Assembly (NCBI GenBank): GCA_028869005.1 | Contig: JAGWTJ010000001.1 | Location: 1-55,289 of the forward strand | DNA: 55,289 nucleotides | Reading direction: 5' to 3' | From: Burkholderiales bacterium | GTDB taxonomy: Bacteria; Pseudomonadota; Gammaproteobacteria; Burkholderiales; Burkholderiaceae_C | Shown: in pieces, positions 54,892-55,289 of the stretch | How the letters are laid out: each line of letters starts with the position of its first letter | Position numbering within the stretch: the stretch's first letter is position 1 | The notes under the pieces: generated by a model | The model's input: the letters and a program-made list of their open reading frames with translations, nothing else | Told to the model about the DNA's origin: nothing | Databases searched by the model: none | Program-made: the position numbers and the translations under genes

Positions 54892-55289
54892 ATGACACCG
54901 CTGTACCGCGTCGCCCTGCTCGGCTTCGGTGCCTTCGAGCGCAACATGCTGGCGTCGTACTTCCGGCTTGCCACGCAGCGGTCGCCGCGCTACGAGATCG
55001 AGCCGATCCTTGCCGAGGCGGACTTCGTCGTCGCCGATGCCGACCATGAACCTTCGGTGCAGCTCGTGCTGGCCACGGAAAAGCTGGCCGACACCGTGTT
55101 CGTCGGCGCGAACCGCCCGGCCGGCGCGCGCGCCTGGCTCGCCCGGCCGCTCGAACCGCTGCACGTGCTGCGCGAGCTCGACGCCTTGGCGCCCGCGACG
55201 CCGGCTGCCTGGCCTCGCGTTACGCCGCCGAGGCCGCCCGTAGTGCCGACGCCGCCCCCGGCACCCCCCGCGCAGCGCGCATCATCCGC
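54892..55289 (+). CDS. Partial CDS: degenerate receiver-like domain plus Pro-rich linker
   Basis: Not in the ORF track (no stop in window). MTPLYRVALLGFGAFERNMLASYFRLA...ADFVVADAD...TVFVG...WLARPLEPLHVLRELD then Pro-rich segment. Confidence 0.7.
   Translation, partial: MTPLYRVALLGFGAFERNMLASYFRLATQRSPRYEIEPILAEADFVVADADHEPSVQLVLATEKLADTVFVGANRPAGARAWLARPLEPLHVLRELDALAPATPAAWPRVTPPRPPVVPTPPPAPPAQRASS

Overview
A very GC-rich chromosomal segment, most likely from a Burkholderiales betaproteobacterium (Rubrivivax/Methylibium-like; inferred from protein style and gene content). It is mostly housekeeping: kup, gshA, comM/yifB, priA, hemE, lemA-TPM-TPM, ppk2, a complete atpIBEFHAGDC operon, dsbD-like, glpD, cytochrome b and c', alaX, uup, gshB, hns, a split peptide-type ABC transporter, suyAB, aldehyde dehydrogenase, SDR, lrp-ocd, tyrB and gpx. 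I saw no rRNA, tRNA, CRISPR array, transposase or integrase. The most notable non-obvious signals are: (1) a non-coding DnaA-box/IHF-site cluster between hemE and priA whose core has the box geometry of E. coli DARS1; (2) several apparent deletion scars (an SHMT-like gene reduced to its two ends, a LysR with two in-frame deletions plus a stop, a probable signal-peptide-only remnant of the missing ABC binding protein, and an orphan NtrC-like site where glnK-amtB usually sits); (3) a GshA with an intact frame but eroded conserved motifs; (4) ppk2 directly behind atpC; (5) repeated leaderless-type promoters. All family assignments come from recalled motifs, with no database search. Most long ORFs in the supplied track are antisense or out-of-frame shadows.
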